DNA from: Klebsiella phage vB_KM5a1_KLB19
Length of the DNA stretch: 52,593 nt
Reading direction: 5' to 3' (one strand)
Sequence record: PP526029.1
This document shows positions 1 through 10,160 of this stretch, piece by piece (position 1 is the first letter of the stretch; each line of letters starts with the position of its first letter). The translations under genes and the position numbers were made by a program. The notes under the pieces were generated by a model. That model saw nothing but the letters and a program-made list of their open reading frames with translations. It was not told the origin of the DNA and did not search any database.

Positions 1-14
1 TGGAGGGCGGAACC

Positions 15-560
15 ATGTCACGCCATGAAGATGACGATCAGGACTACACGAGCAAGGCGCAGGAGAAAATTAAAACCGGAAACTTCAAAGCCCTGTACCT
101 CAAGCAGTACGGCGACATTGCAAACCTCAATCACCGCCACAACTACACGCCGGAACAGGTGTTTAACCTTGCTGTGCGCTATTTTACGTGGGCTGAGGAA
201 AACGCTATTAAGGCGGCGGAAACCGCAGCATTTCAGGGCATTGTTACTGAAAATTTAGTGCATAAAGTGCGAATCTTTACGATCAATGGCCTTTCTCTTT
301 TCACGTCGATCTCAAAGGGCGCTTTCTTGAAGTGGCGCAGTGAGCCTGGTTTTTGTGACGTGATGGAGTTTATCGACGGCGTGATCCATGAGCAGAAATT
401 CCAGCTTGCCGCCAACGGCATCATTAACGCTGGGTTTATCGGTAAAGATCTGGGCATCGACAAGCCAGCAGAGGTGAAGGTTGAAAACAACAACACCCTA
501 AGCGCGGTGACAACCGAAGAAGTGAAAGACGCGGTGCGGGATATCCTGGGGGAATTATGA
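15..560 (+). CDS. terS: terminase small subunit
   Basis: 181-aa ORF immediately upstream of and overlapping the TerL ORF; position and size fit; RBS GGAGGG. Confidence 0.7.
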   Translation: MSRHEDDDQDYTSKAQEKIKTGNFKALYLKQYGDIANLNHRHNYTPEQVFNLAVRYFTWAEENAIKAAETAAFQGIVTENLVHKVRIFTINGLSLFTSISKGAFLKWRSEPGFCDVMEFIDGVIHEQKFQLAANGIINAGFIGKDLGIDKPAEVKVENNNTLSAVTTEEVKDAVRDILGEL

Positions 561-2143
561 TTCTATGGGAAGATTTGAAGCCAGCCCAAAAGCTGGCAAT
601 CAAGGTGATGAGTGAATCATCTTTCGACAAGCTGATCAAGATCTGGTTCCAGTTGATGCAGGGGCAGAAGTTCCAGGGTAACTGGCACTTTAGCTTGATG
701 TGCTGGAAGGTTGAGCAGATCATCAGGGGTGAGATTCAGAACGTGATTTTTAACGTCACGCCTGGCTCTGGTAAAACGGAAGTGTTTTCAATCCATACTC
801 CGATTTACGGGATGATCAACAGCGACAAGGTGCGAAACCTCAACCTTTCGTTTTCTGACAGCCTTGTTAAAGACAACGGCACGCGCACGCGTGAGATCGT
901 AGGTTCAGACGAGTTTCAGGAGTTGTGGCCTACTAAGATCACCAAAGCCAGCGGCGGCGATATCACATCGCTAAACGACAAGGGCAAGGCATGGCTCACG
1001 CTAACATCACGAGCTATCGGCGGGCAGGTAACAGGTAAGCGCGGCGGCTACATGGATGCACCAGGCAAGCCCTGGAAGTTCAGCGGAATGTTGATGCTTG
1101 ATGACCCCGACAAGCCAAAAGATATGTATTCAGCAGTGAAGCGCAAGGCGGCGCACACCCTGCTAAAAAACACCGTTCGCTCACGTCGAATGAATGACCG
1201 CACGCCGTGCGTAGTTGTGCAGCAGCGCCTACACGTCAACGATTCAACATGGTTTTTGATGAATGGCGGCTTAGGTGGCATTAAGTTTGAGCAAGTTGTG
1301 ATCCCAGCGTTAGTGACGGAAGATTACGGCGATACGCTTCCTGATTGGTTGAAAGAAGAGTTTGATCGCGACGTGCTATCGTCCGAGCCTGTTTACATTG
1401 ACGGCGTGGCGCACTACTCTTTTTGGCCTGCAAAGGAAAGCGCAGAAAGCTTGCTGGCTCTTCGTGAGGCGGATTTGTACACCTTCGAATCACAGTACCA
1501 GCAGAAGCCGATCGCCCTGGGCGGCAACGCGTTTAAATCGGAATGGTTCCAGCATTACGGCGAGGGTGAGGGCGCAGACCTCCCGACGCCGGACAAGTTC
1601 GAATACCTGTTTACAACGGCTGACACCGCGCAGAAAACAGACGAGATTCACGATTACACTGTATTCTGCTTGTGGGGCAAGTACAAAAACCGCGTTTATT
1701 TCATTGATGGCATTCGCGGGAAGTGGGAGGCACCAGACCTTGAAAAAATGGCGTTAGCATTCTATGCCGAATCATTCAGGAAAGCGAAGGAAATGAAGGT
1801 TGCGATCCGAAAGATTTACATTGAGGACAAGGCGAGCGGCACGGGCTTGATTCAGGCAATCAAAAAGAAATTGCCGATCGACATTACGCCAGTGCAGCGT
1901 GATAGCGACAAAGTAACTCGCGCGATGGATGCGGCACCAATCATGAAGGCTGGGCGTTGCGTATTCCCTGAATCGCACCCAATGCTCACCGAAATGGAAG
2001 CCGAGCTTGTGGCCTTCACGTTCGATGACAGTCACCCTCACGACGATATTGTTGATAACGTGGTTGATGCTGTTAACTTCGAAATGAACATGATTGATGA
2101 TCCGGTTGAGCGCATGAAGCGGCTGGCGGGTATGAAAAAATAG
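557..2143 (+). CDS. terL: terminase large subunit
   Basis: 528 aa; ATPase-like N-terminus with VTPGSGKTEVFS Walker A and TerL-like C-terminal nuclease region (TTADTAQKTDEIHDYTVFCLW). Confidence 0.9.
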   Translation: MILWEDLKPAQKLAIKVMSESSFDKLIKIWFQLMQGQKFQGNWHFSLMCWKVEQIIRGEIQNVIFNVTPGSGKTEVFSIHTPIYGMINSDKVRNLNLSFSDSLVKDNGTRTREIVGSDEFQELWPTKITKASGGDITSLNDKGKAWLTLTSRAIGGQVTGKRGGYMDAPGKPWKFSGMLMLDDPDKPKDMYSAVKRKAAHTLLKNTVRSRRMNDRTPCVVVQQRLHVNDSTWFLMNGGLGGIKFEQVVIPALVTEDYGDTLPDWLKEEFDRDVLSSEPVYIDGVAHYSFWPAKESAESLLALREADLYTFESQYQQKPIALGGNAFKSEWFQHYGEGEGADLPTPDKFEYLFTTADTAQKTDEIHDYTVFCLWGKYKNRVYFIDGIRGKWEAPDLEKMALAFYAESFRKAKEMKVAIRKIYIEDKASGTGLIQAIKKKLPIDITPVQRDSDKVTRAMDAAPIMKAGRCVFPESHPMLTEMEAELVAFTFDDSHPHDDIVDNVVDAVNFEMNMIDDPVERMKRLAGMKK

Positions 2144-2193
2144 TTGTATACTGGCTGGGCTAATAACCCAGCCTTTTTTATGAGGAAAAAACA

Positions 2194-3516
2194 ATGAGTG
2201 CAAAAAACAAACAGCCCAACAAGGTTGTAAGGTCTGACTCATACGATCAGACGTTCAAGAGCGAGCAAACAGCAGGCTCATCAATCCTTACCATGTACGA
2301 TCTCACGCAGTTCTATATTGATGACCCGCTAGCGAGAAAGATTGTTGACGTAATCCCAGAGGAAATGGTTACGCCTGGCTTCGGGCTTGACGGCATCGCA
2401 GATGAGAAGGCCTTTAAATCAACGTGGGATTCCCTGCACCTCAACGAGAAAATCATTGAAGCGCTTTGTTGGTCGCGTCTGTATGGCGGTTCCGCTATCG
2501 TCGCCGTTGTTCGCGATAATCGCGCGCTGACTTCACCGATCAGTGACGCAGGCGGCGTGCTTGAGTCGATCCGCGTTTACGAGAAAGACCAGGTAAAGGT
2601 TAAGTCGAAGGAGCAGAACGCACGAAACCCGCGCTTTGGTCTGCCGAAGATTTACACCATCAACCCTGGCGACGGCGTGAGCGAATACGACATTCATTAT
2701 TCCCGCCTGTACGTGTTTGACGGCTCGCGAATCCCTGATTCAATCCGCCGACAAAATAACGGTTGGGGCGTTACGGTCTTGAGCAAGAAGCTTGTTGAAT
2801 CCATCCAGGATTACAACTATTGCGAAGAGTTGGCAACGCAGCTTTTGCGCCGTAAGCAGCAGGGCGTTTGGAAGGCTCGCGGCCTGGCGGATTTGTGCGA
2901 TGATGATGAAGGGCGTTTCGCGGCTCGCATCCGGCTTGCGCAGGTTGACGATAACAGCGGCGTTGGGCGATCGATCGGGATTGATGCAACGGACGAGGAA
3001 TACGAGGTTTTAAACTCCGACATTAGCGGCGTAGATACCTTCCTTGATAAGAAAATGGATCGCATCGTGAACTATTCCGGCATCCATGAAATCATCCTGA
3101 AAAACAAAAACGTTGGCGGTGTCTCCTCAAGCCAAAACACGGCGCTTGAAACGTTTTACAAGCTGATTGACCGCCGACGCAACGAGATTTACCGCCCATT
3201 CCTGGAATGGATTATTCCATTTATTATTGCGGATAAGGAATGGAATATTCGCTTTGAGCCGCTATCGGTTCCGAGCGAGAAAGATCAGGCCGAAACCTTC
3301 GGCAAGTACGCCAGCGCAATCAAAGACCTTGTAACAGAGCAGGTGGTTGATCCTGACGAGGCGCGCGATACGCTTGAGGCAGTATCGGACGTGTTGAAAT
3401 TGAAGGCCGGAAGCCCTAAACTACCGCCACGAGATCCGAAGGCAAACGAGCAGGGTAATGATCCTGCATCAATCACACCAGAAGGAAAAAACAATGAAGG
3501 TGAAACGGATAGTTAA
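2194..3516 (+). CDS. portal protein (DUF1073-type)
   Basis: 440 aa, follows TerL; portal-like (FYIDDPLARKIVDVIPEEM, LGLDG...W..L.L). Confidence 0.8.
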   Translation: MSAKNKQPNKVVRSDSYDQTFKSEQTAGSSILTMYDLTQFYIDDPLARKIVDVIPEEMVTPGFGLDGIADEKAFKSTWDSLHLNEKIIEALCWSRLYGGSAIVAVVRDNRALTSPISDAGGVLESIRVYEKDQVKVKSKEQNARNPRFGLPKIYTINPGDGVSEYDIHYSRLYVFDGSRIPDSIRRQNNGWGVTVLSKKLVESIQDYNYCEELATQLLRRKQQGVWKARGLADLCDDDEGRFAARIRLAQVDDNSGVGRSIGIDATDEEYEVLNSDISGVDTFLDKKMDRIVNYSGIHEIILKNKNVGGVSSSQNTALETFYKLIDRRRNEIYRPFLEWIIPFIIADKEWNIRFEPLSVPSEKDQAETFGKYASAIKDLVTEQVVDPDEARDTLEAVSDVLKLKAGSPKLPPRDPKANEQGNDPASITPEGKNNEGETDS

Positions 3517-4249
3517 AGCGTGGCGCTATCCCGAAGCGAGTGAGCGGCAGTTAGGCCGCTCTCTTTCAGAGTTCGCGAGCGATCTTGTCGTATTCGCTCG
3601 TGACAAACTGGACGGGATGAGGTTCGACGCTTCCGACGCGGAAATCAACAATGCAGAGAAAGAGCTTGAAGATTACGCAGCAGAATTGCTGGCATCACTA
3701 GCAATGGCGCTTCCGGCGCTTGCGTTGCAGATCTACAAGTTCAACTCAAAGCAATGGTATCTCGTGGCGGTATCGGCTGGCGGTGCGAAAAATGAAGCGG
3801 TTGCACTTCTGGATCTGTTAGGCGCGAGCGCTAACGAGCCGTGGTATCAGGAGAAGCAGCAGCAATGGCTATCACTGACGGAAGCCAGTTACCGCAAATT
3901 AGCAAATGACATTATCGCTGATTGGTCGCAGAACGTAAGGCGTGCAAACATCCAGGCCAAAGGCCGTGACTATGTAGACGAATTGATTGAGCAGCGTTAC
4001 AAGGTTTACACTGGCTGGAGCTACAACAGATCGCGCGGAATCGTCGCAACCTGGAACAGCATTCTAATGCGTCAACGCCTTGAAGATGCGGGCGTGACTC
4101 ACTACCTATGGCGTGGTAAACTTGACGAGCGCGAGCGATTAAAGCACTTGCGATGGGAAGGCAAAAGAATTGGCGTTGATAGCGATCACATCTTCCCTGG
4201 CGAAGAATATGGTTGCAGATGCTGGGCAGAGCCGGACTTTACAACTTAA
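3494..4249 (+). CDS. phage head morphogenesis protein (Mu F / SPP1 gp7-like)
   Basis: C-terminal RLKHLRWEGKRIGVDSDHIFPGEEYGCRCWAEP motif typical of the minor head family; ATG at 3494. Confidence 0.7.
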   Translation: MKVKRIVKAWRYPEASERQLGRSLSEFASDLVVFARDKLDGMRFDASDAEINNAEKELEDYAAELLASLAMALPALALQIYKFNSKQWYLVAVSAGGAKNEAVALLDLLGASANEPWYQEKQQQWLSLTEASYRKLANDIIADWSQNVRRANIQAKGRDYVDELIEQRYKVYTGWSYNRSRGIVATWNSILMRQRLEDAGVTHYLWRGKLDERERLKHLRWEGKRIGVDSDHIFPGEEYGCRCWAEPDFTT

Positions 4250-4260
4250 AGGAAATCAAA

Positions 4261-5367
4261 ATGAAACAACGTTTCGATTATATCATGTTAAAGGCGCATA
4301 AGGATGAACACGGGTTTCTCGTTGATACTCCGGTTGTCGCCCGCGTTGGCCTGCAAGAATACACCTTGCCAGATGGAACAATTCAGCGAGAATTCCGCCC
4401 GCGTCACGAGGTTTTCGCCTGGGATTCACTGGAAAGCTATCGAGGAAAATCAATCACCCTGGGGCACGTTGTAGTGACCCCAGAGAACGCGAAAAAGGTT
4501 ACGGTTGGTAACTGCTCCGGCGCGGCGTTTGGCGAAGAGGCAGAAGGGAAGGTGCGCTGCCCCGTCACAATCATGGATGAAAAAGCCATTGATGCGGCGG
4601 AAAGCGGGAAGGCACCAGAGCTTTCGGTTGGTTATACCGTTGTGGAAATTCATGAAAGCGGCTGGGGTTCGAACCAATCAGGCGAATACATTTTCAAGCG
4701 CGATATGCCTGATGATTATACGATCCCGTCCGATTGGGTTGAGTTCGATGTGCTGCAAACCCAGATCAGGGTTAATCATTTGGCAATGGTGAAAAAAGGG
4801 CGCGCAGGCGTTGCCAGATTAAACCTTGACGGCTCAGAGGAAATCAAATATGATGAGCCTGTCATTAATTCAAACGAAGAGGATAAACCCATGTTAGTTA
4901 AAATCAAGATCGACTCCGCAGAAGTGGAAGTGTCCAAGGACGTAGCCGACCACATCGCAAAGCAGGACGCAGCAATTGCCGCACATCCTGGAGCGCTGGC
5001 TAAAGTTGAGGCAGAGCGTGACGCGTTGCAGGTTAAAGTTGACGGCATCCCCGCCGAAATCGAAAAAGCAGTTGCCGCAGAAAAAACCAAAGCCGACGAA
5101 GCCGCCGCGATCGTACTGATTGCCACGGAAGCTGGCATTAAGTGTGACGGCCTGGACAGCAAAGGCATTAAAGTTGCCTTCATCAAAGAAGTGCTGGGCA
5201 TCGACGCTAAAGATAAATCTGACGCTTACGTTGATCAGTCGTTTGAAATCGCCAAAGATTCTGATAAGATGGCACAGAATCGCGCGAAAGTTCACGGCGA
5301 CAGCGCAGAAGAGCGCAACGACGCGGCAAACGATCTGCCAGATCCGCAAGCACGCTTCCGTAAGTAA
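4261..5367 (+). CDS. DUF2213-type capsid maturation protease/scaffold
   Basis: MKQRFDYIMLKAHKDEHGFLVDTPVVARVGLQEY...; acidic coiled C-terminal region; position between head morphogenesis and capsid genes. Confidence 0.65.
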   Translation: MKQRFDYIMLKAHKDEHGFLVDTPVVARVGLQEYTLPDGTIQREFRPRHEVFAWDSLESYRGKSITLGHVVVTPENAKKVTVGNCSGAAFGEEAEGKVRCPVTIMDEKAIDAAESGKAPELSVGYTVVEIHESGWGSNQSGEYIFKRDMPDDYTIPSDWVEFDVLQTQIRVNHLAMVKKGRAGVARLNLDGSEEIKYDEPVINSNEEDKPMLVKIKIDSAEVEVSKDVADHIAKQDAAIAAHPGALAKVEAERDALQVKVDGIPAEIEKAVAAEKTKADEAAAIVLIATEAGIKCDGLDSKGIKVAFIKEVLGIDAKDKSDAYVDQSFEIAKDSDKMAQNRAKVHGDSAEERNDAANDLPDPQARFRK

Positions 5368-5426
5368 TATCGAAACCGCGCCTTTCGGGGCGCTTTAAAA
5401 TCTCTCAAGAAAAAGGAAATAACATC

Positions 5427-5960
5427 ATGGCACTTATCAAAGCTTCCTGGACTGTACGCCGTTCCAAAGCCTATGCGGGCATGACTCCGGCTGATACATC
5501 TCTTTATAACATCGACGGCACTTGTTGCGCTGGCGTGCCAAACCTGAAAGCAGGTGTAATCGTGGCGCTGGACGCAACGCAAAAAGTCGTTGACGGTCAC
5601 AAAGTAGTTACCAACGTGATCGACACTGGCGCGGCAAACCCTAAGCTGGTTGGCGCAACAATCATGTCTCACGCGTACTCGCCGGAAGGTGTTTACGATG
5701 AAGGTTCGGCGGTTAACGTCATGACTCACGGTCGCGCCTGGGTTCTGTGTAAAAAAGACCTCACCGACGAAAACAAAGAGTTTGGCAACCAGGTCTTTGT
5801 TGACGCTGACGGCATCGTTTCAAACTCCGGCGCTGGCGTGATTGGTACTGTTTACACCGCAACTGGCGAATGGTTCAAAACTGACGATGCGAATTACGAT
5901 ATCGTCAAGATCCAGATCACCCAGGCGCAATTCCAGCTACCAGCAGCGGGCGGCGCGTAA
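5427..5960 (+). CDS. head decoration/structural cement-like protein
   Basis: 177 aa upstream of major capsid; Gly/Ala-rich beta protein. Confidence 0.5.
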   Translation: MALIKASWTVRRSKAYAGMTPADTSLYNIDGTCCAGVPNLKAGVIVALDATQKVVDGHKVVTNVIDTGAANPKLVGATIMSHAYSPEGVYDEGSAVNVMTHGRAWVLCKKDLTDENKEFGNQVFVDADGIVSNSGAGVIGTVYTATGEWFKTDDANYDIVKIQITQAQFQLPAAGGA

Positions 5961-5966
5961 TCCGAA

Positions 5967-5989
5967 AGGAGCCGAAAGGCTCCTTTTTT
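5967..5989 (+). terminator. Rho-independent terminator
   Basis: AGGAGCC-GAAA-GGCTCCT followed by T-run. Confidence 0.85.
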
Positions 5990-6010
5990 ATTAGCTATCA
6001 CAAAATCTTG

Positions 6011-6038
6011 TTGACCGTTTAGCAAAAAGTGCTATTAT
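6011..6038 (+). promoter_or_regulatory. sigma70-like promoter of the capsid gene with embedded 15-bp palindromic box
   Basis: TTGACC (6011-6016), 16 nt, TATTAT (6033-6038); box TAGCAAAAAGTGCTA at 6020-6034 lies in the spacer and overlaps the -10. Confidence 0.65.
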
Positions 6039-6080
6039 GAACGCGTGAACTAATCACTTCAAACAACAAAGGAAATCATC

Positions 6081-7034
6081 ATGACTATGAAACTTGATTC
6101 ATTCGAGAAGAACGAAATCACCCACGGCCTCCGCAAAATGGGCGTTTCGGCAAGTAAGGCAGACGGCCTGGGCATCTGGACTGTAGAGCAGATGAAGCAG
6201 ACCTTAAAGCGCCAGTACGAAGCCGCTTACCCTGAAACCTCCGCGCTGGCGTTGTTCCCTGTAACAACCGAGCTTGCGCCAACAACCCGAATCTTCGAAT
6301 ATATGAAATTCGATGGCGTGACGATGGCAAAGATTATCGCGGATTATACCGATGACCTGCCAACCGTTGACGCAACGCATAGCCTGGAAACTGGCCGCGT
6401 GCATCGCCTGGGTAACGCATGGTTGATTTCCATCGACGAAATCAAAACAGGTCAAGCGCTGGGCACTAGCCTTTCCGACCGCAAAGCGTCACTGGCTCGC
6501 GAAGGCCATGAATCACTGGTTAATGAACTGGTGTTCCAGGGTTCCAAGCCTCACAAAATTCTGTCTGTATTTGATCACCCAAACATCACCCGCGTAACCT
6601 CTGCGGCTGGCGCATGGGCTGACCCTGAGAAGGCATCAGACGAACTGGAAGATCTGATCGCGAAGATGGAAGAGCTTACCAAAGGCAAGCACAAGATCAC
6701 CGACATCGTGATCCCGCCATCACAGCGTAAATTGCTGGCAAAACGTATGCCTGAAACCACTATGTCATATTTGCAGTGGTTCGAGTCTCAAAACTCCGGC
6801 ATCACGATTTCTTCAATCTCCGAGCTTGAAGATATCGACGGCATCGGCACTAAAGCTGTACTGGCTTATGAAAAAGATCCGCTCAACATGAGCATTGAGA
6901 TCCCAGAAGCCTTTAACATGCTGCCAATGCAGGCAAAAGATCTGCACTTTAAAGTGCCGTGTACTTCCAAGGCAACTGGCCTGATCGTATATCGCCCTCT
7001 GACGATTATCATGCTGGTTGGCGTAGGTAAGTAA
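6081..7034 (+). CDS. major capsid protein (DUF2184-type)
   Basis: 317 aa, own promoter and terminator; encapsulin-like segments (VFDHPNITRV, LEDLIAKMEEL, DIVIPPSQRKLLAKRM). Confidence 0.8.
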   Translation: MTMKLDSFEKNEITHGLRKMGVSASKADGLGIWTVEQMKQTLKRQYEAAYPETSALALFPVTTELAPTTRIFEYMKFDGVTMAKIIADYTDDLPTVDATHSLETGRVHRLGNAWLISIDEIKTGQALGTSLSDRKASLAREGHESLVNELVFQGSKPHKILSVFDHPNITRVTSAAGAWADPEKASDELEDLIAKMEELTKGKHKITDIVIPPSQRKLLAKRMPETTMSYLQWFESQNSGITISSISELEDIDGIGTKAVLAYEKDPLNMSIEIPEAFNMLPMQAKDLHFKVPCTSKATGLIVYRPLTIIMLVGVGK

Positions 7035-7038
7035 TCCG

Positions 7039-7069
7039 AAGCCCCTGATTAATTTCAGGGGCTTTTTTG
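7039..7069 (+). terminator. Rho-independent terminator
   Basis: AAGCCCCTGA...TCAGGGGCTTTTTT. Confidence 0.85.
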
Positions 7070-7098
7070 TTGACACGAGCGGCACCAGAGATTATATT
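7070..7098 (+). promoter_or_regulatory. sigma70 promoter
   Basis: TTGACA-17 nt-TATATT. Confidence 0.75.
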
Positions 7099-7143
7099 GA
7101 AGCCCTCAAGCAGTTAATTAACCAACCAAAGGAAATCTAAATC

Positions 7144-7410
7144 ATGGCTACTGAAAAACTCATTAAGCTGGAAAACTGCGGCGCTTGCCTCATTCGTATC
7201 GGCAAGGTTGACATTGCACCAGAGGGTAAATTTGAAGTTACCGAAGAGCAGTTAAATTCCCAGGGTATCAAGTACCTCTTCAACCGCGAAGAAGTGCAGT
7301 TTGAGGATAACCCCAAACGAACCCGCGAATTCCTCGCGAAGATTCGCGAAAAGAAAAAGCCCGTCGTTGAAAAATCACTGGCAGAACGCGAAGAAGGCGG
7401 AATCGTCTAA
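7144..7410 (+). CDS. conserved hypothetical, head-proximal
   Basis: 88-aa ORF with RBS AAAGGAA, in the late block. Confidence 0.65.
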   Translation: MATEKLIKLENCGACLIRIGKVDIAPEGKFEVTEEQLNSQGIKYLFNREEVQFEDNPKRTREFLAKIREKKKPVVEKSLAEREEGGIV

Positions 7411-7419
7411 AACCTTCCA

Positions 7420-7445
7420 GGGGCGCTTATGCGCTCCTTTTTTTT
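7420..7445 (+). terminator. Rho-independent terminator
   Basis: GGGGCGC-TTAT-GCGCTCC followed by T-run. Confidence 0.75.
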
Positions 7446-7462
7446 AACTTGAGGAATTAATC

Positions 7463-7873
7463 ATGAACGAAGAGCAATACGCAGCAGCGGAGTTTATGCG
7501 CAGCCTAGCGCCAGCATTAAAGGGCGTTGATGATGTGACGATTATAGCATGGCTAACGCTTGCCGAAATGTTCGTTTGCCGGAACCGATTCAAGGCAGAC
7601 TACCCGAAAGCGCTGGGGCTTTACGCAATGCACCTGATGTTTCTTGATGGCGCAATGAAGAAGGAGGGCGAAAGCATTGAGAACTACTCACGCAGATTGA
7701 CCAGCTACACTCTGAGCGGTGAATTTTCTATGAGCTATGGCGCTGCAACTTCAAACACGGACGGGCGGCAGATTACCCAGACACCGTGGGGCAAGATGTA
7801 CGATATTCTCAACAAGAAAAAAGGCGGCGGCTTCGGCCTGCTTTCCGGCATTAACAGAGGGTGCGGGCGATGA
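7463..7873 (+). CDS. head-tail connector (DUF4054-like)
   Basis: 136 aa; LTLAEMFVCRNRFKADYPKALGLYAMHLM...; syntenic position. Confidence 0.6.
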   Translation: MNEEQYAAAEFMRSLAPALKGVDDVTIIAWLTLAEMFVCRNRFKADYPKALGLYAMHLMFLDGAMKKEGESIENYSRRLTSYTLSGEFSMSYGAATSNTDGRQITQTPWGKMYDILNKKKGGGFGLLSGINRGCGR

Positions 7874-8244
7874 TTGATTATAACGAAGTGCAGAGGCTCA
7901 CCGATCAGGGAATCGAGGCTTTTTCCGGTGGCGGCTCATTTGAGATCATCATCACTGGCGCTGGAAAGAAGATTGTAAACGGTGAAGAGGTTGTGATCCC
8001 AGAGGTTCGCGGCACTGTTTACGGCGCTGTGCGGGCTATCAGTCAACGCTACGTTGACGGTGAAACAATCTTGCAGGGCGACAAGCGCGCCTTCTTCTCG
8101 AACGTCACGCCGATTGAAAACGGTATGACCATAATCCTTGAGGGCAAGCACTGGCGAGTGATCGACAATCGACCAGTAAACCCAACTCAAGGCCACGTGA
8201 TCGCATATCGTCCAATTCTGCGAAAGGTGGCATCGCATGGCTAA
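7870..8244 (+). CDS. head-tail joining protein
   Basis: ORF between the DUF4054-like and gp10-like genes; ATG at 7870 overlaps the upstream stop. Confidence 0.55.
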   Translation: MIDYNEVQRLTDQGIEAFSGGGSFEIIITGAGKKIVNGEEVVIPEVRGTVYGAVRAISQRYVDGETILQGDKRAFFSNVTPIENGMTIILEGKHWRVIDNRPVNPTQGHVIAYRPILRKVASHG

Positions 8245-8680
8245 CTACCAGATCAGAGAGTTTCATGATTCGGTGGCAAAGTGGATTAAGGCATCGCAAT
8301 TGGGGCTGGAGGATGTTGTCAGGATCATGGTTGCCAACATCCACAAGGATTTAGTTTACGGCTCACCAGTTGACACGGGGCGCTTTCGTGCCAACTGGCA
8401 GATTACCGCCAACGTGCCGCCGTTCTACGCGCTCAACCAGTACGACAAAGACGGGAAGAAAACCATTGCAGAAGGTAAGCGAATCACAAACGCCATGCTC
8501 ACCAGGGGCGCTGCAATAACCACGATTTACTTTTCCAATATGCTTATTTATGCCAATGCTCTTGAGTACGGGCATTCGAAGCAAGCGCCAGCAGGCGTGC
8601 TGGGAATCGTGGCAATCCGGTTGAGATCTTACGTTAACAACGCAATTAAAGAGTCGAGGCTAAAAAATGGTGTTAGATGA
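8237..8680 (+). CDS. HK97 gp10-like neck/tail completion protein
   Basis: 147 aa; SPVDTGRFRANW motif. Confidence 0.7.
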   Translation: MANYQIREFHDSVAKWIKASQLGLEDVVRIMVANIHKDLVYGSPVDTGRFRANWQITANVPPFYALNQYDKDGKKTIAEGKRITNAMLTRGAAITTIYFSNMLIYANALEYGHSKQAPAGVLGIVAIRLRSYVNNAIKESRLKNGVR

Positions 8681-9095
8681 TTATGATGTTGAGGTTTCGG
8701 CGCGTAAGGCGCTTGCCTCTTTCGTTGGAGAGCGTTACCCGATCGCCTTTCCGAACTATGATTTCACCGAGCCGGATGATGGTTCAATGTGGTTAAAGTT
8801 CGACTACGTGCCAGTTGATAAGGTCTACAGGTCACTTGATCGCAAGTGCATTAGCCTGATATCTATGATTCAAATCGGCGTTATCTTCCAACCTGGAAGC
8901 GGTACGGACGACGCGCGCAAGCTGGCGAAAGAGCTTGTGAATTTTTTCGAAGATGGTAAAATCCTGAATGTGGGTTTTATTTTAAGCGGGGCGGAAACAA
9001 AGCCAACGCTAAAACACAATGCGGGCTGGCTAATCCCTATCCGCTTCACTGTCAGATATGACGAACACCCAGAACGGGAAAACAAAGGAGTTTAA
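8667..9095 (+). CDS. tail terminator
   Basis: 142 aa, immediately upstream of tail tube. Confidence 0.6.
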   Translation: MVLDDYDVEVSARKALASFVGERYPIAFPNYDFTEPDDGSMWLKFDYVPVDKVYRSLDRKCISLISMIQIGVIFQPGSGTDDARKLAKELVNFFEDGKILNVGFILSGAETKPTLKHNAGWLIPIRFTVRYDEHPERENKGV

Positions 9096-9096
9096 T

Positions 9097-9771
9097 ATGT
9101 CTCTTCCAAATGGTTCAAAGGTATTTATCGAGCGCACCCGCGCGGCGCAGGAAATTACCGCAAGCGCGATCTCCAACGCAGAGAATCCGGTTGCAACCGT
9201 AAATTCAACAACTGGACTTGCCGTTGGTGATTTTGTGCTTGTCACGGAATCCGTATGGGCAGGCCTGAAAAACCGCGTGCTTCGTATCAAAACCGTAACC
9301 GCAGATACAAGCATCACGCTTGAAGGCGATAAGAGCACGAGCACGGTAAACCTGAACAAATACCCAGCGGGCGGCGCGTCAACTCTGGTTAAGATCACCT
9401 CCTGGATTGAAATTCCGTGCGTAAGTGATATCGCGAAATCCGGCGGCGAGCAGCAGTATTACACTAAACAGTGTTTATCTGATGACCGCGAACGCCAGAT
9501 CCCAACTTTCAAGTCTGCAACGTCGATCGCGTACACCTTCGATTTCGACTACGCAAACCCCGTTACTGATTTGCTGATTGGTTACGATGAAGATGGGAAA
9601 ACCCGCGCGCTTTACATGTTTGTGCCAAAGGCAAGCTTCCCGATTCGCGCCTTCTCCGGCGTGCCGTCATTCGATGACGTGCCGAACACGGTAATGAACG
9701 AGGATGAAACAACCATCCTGACAATCTCCCTGGACGGTAAATACGTTCACATGCAGGGCGAAGTTGACTAA
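9097..9771 (+). CDS. major tail tube protein
   Basis: ATG 9097 with RBS AAAGGAG; ~225-aa beta-rich protein before the tail chaperones. Confidence 0.75.
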   Translation: MSLPNGSKVFIERTRAAQEITASAISNAENPVATVNSTTGLAVGDFVLVTESVWAGLKNRVLRIKTVTADTSITLEGDKSTSTVNLNKYPAGGASTLVKITSWIEIPCVSDIAKSGGEQQYYTKQCLSDDRERQIPTFKSATSIAYTFDFDYANPVTDLLIGYDEDGKTRALYMFVPKASFPIRAFSGVPSFDDVPNTVMNEDETTILTISLDGKYVHMQGEVD

Positions 9772-9778
9772 ACCGAAA

Positions 9779-9805
9779 GGGGGGCATTGCCTCCCTTTTT
9801 ATTTT
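9779..9805 (+). terminator. Rho-independent terminator
   Basis: GGGGGGCATTGCCTCCCTTTTTATTTT. Confidence 0.7.
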
Positions 9806-9845
9806 GTGATTTAATAGCGACTCAATCAAACAAGAGGATGAAACA

Positions 9846-10160
9846 ATGTCTTTCAAAGTGAAACTTTCTGAACGCCTGCCAGATTTTCCGCTTAACGTTA
9901 AATTCCAGTTGCCCAACGGCGTTGAAGCTGAAATTAAATACACCGTAAGGCACCGCAAGGCGAGTGAAATTCAAGAGCTTTACGCTCGTGAGAACATTAA
10001 GGATCACGAGTTCATCACGGAAATTGCTTCCGGCTGGGATCTTGAAGATGAATTTACCCCAGAGAATGCGCAAAAGCTGGTTGATAAATTCCCAGCGGCG
10101 GCGCTGGCACTGACCCAAAGTTACATGGCGGCTCTTGCTGGCGTGCGCGTAAAAAACTAA
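9846..10160 (+). CDS. tail assembly chaperone, frame-0 product
   Basis: 104 aa between tube and tape measure; ends in slippery A AAA AAC TAA. Confidence 0.75.
   Translation: MSFKVKLSERLPDFPLNVKFQLPNGVEAEIKYTVRHRKASEIQELYARENIKDHEFITEIASGWDLEDEFTPENAQKLVDKFPAAALALTQSYMAALAGVRVKN
10151..10157 (+). promoter_or_regulatory. -1 programmed ribosomal frameshift slippery heptamer
   Basis: GTA AAA AAC TAA; canonical X_XXY_YYZ = A_AAA_AAC; the -1 frame reads straight into the downstream ORF. Confidence 0.8.
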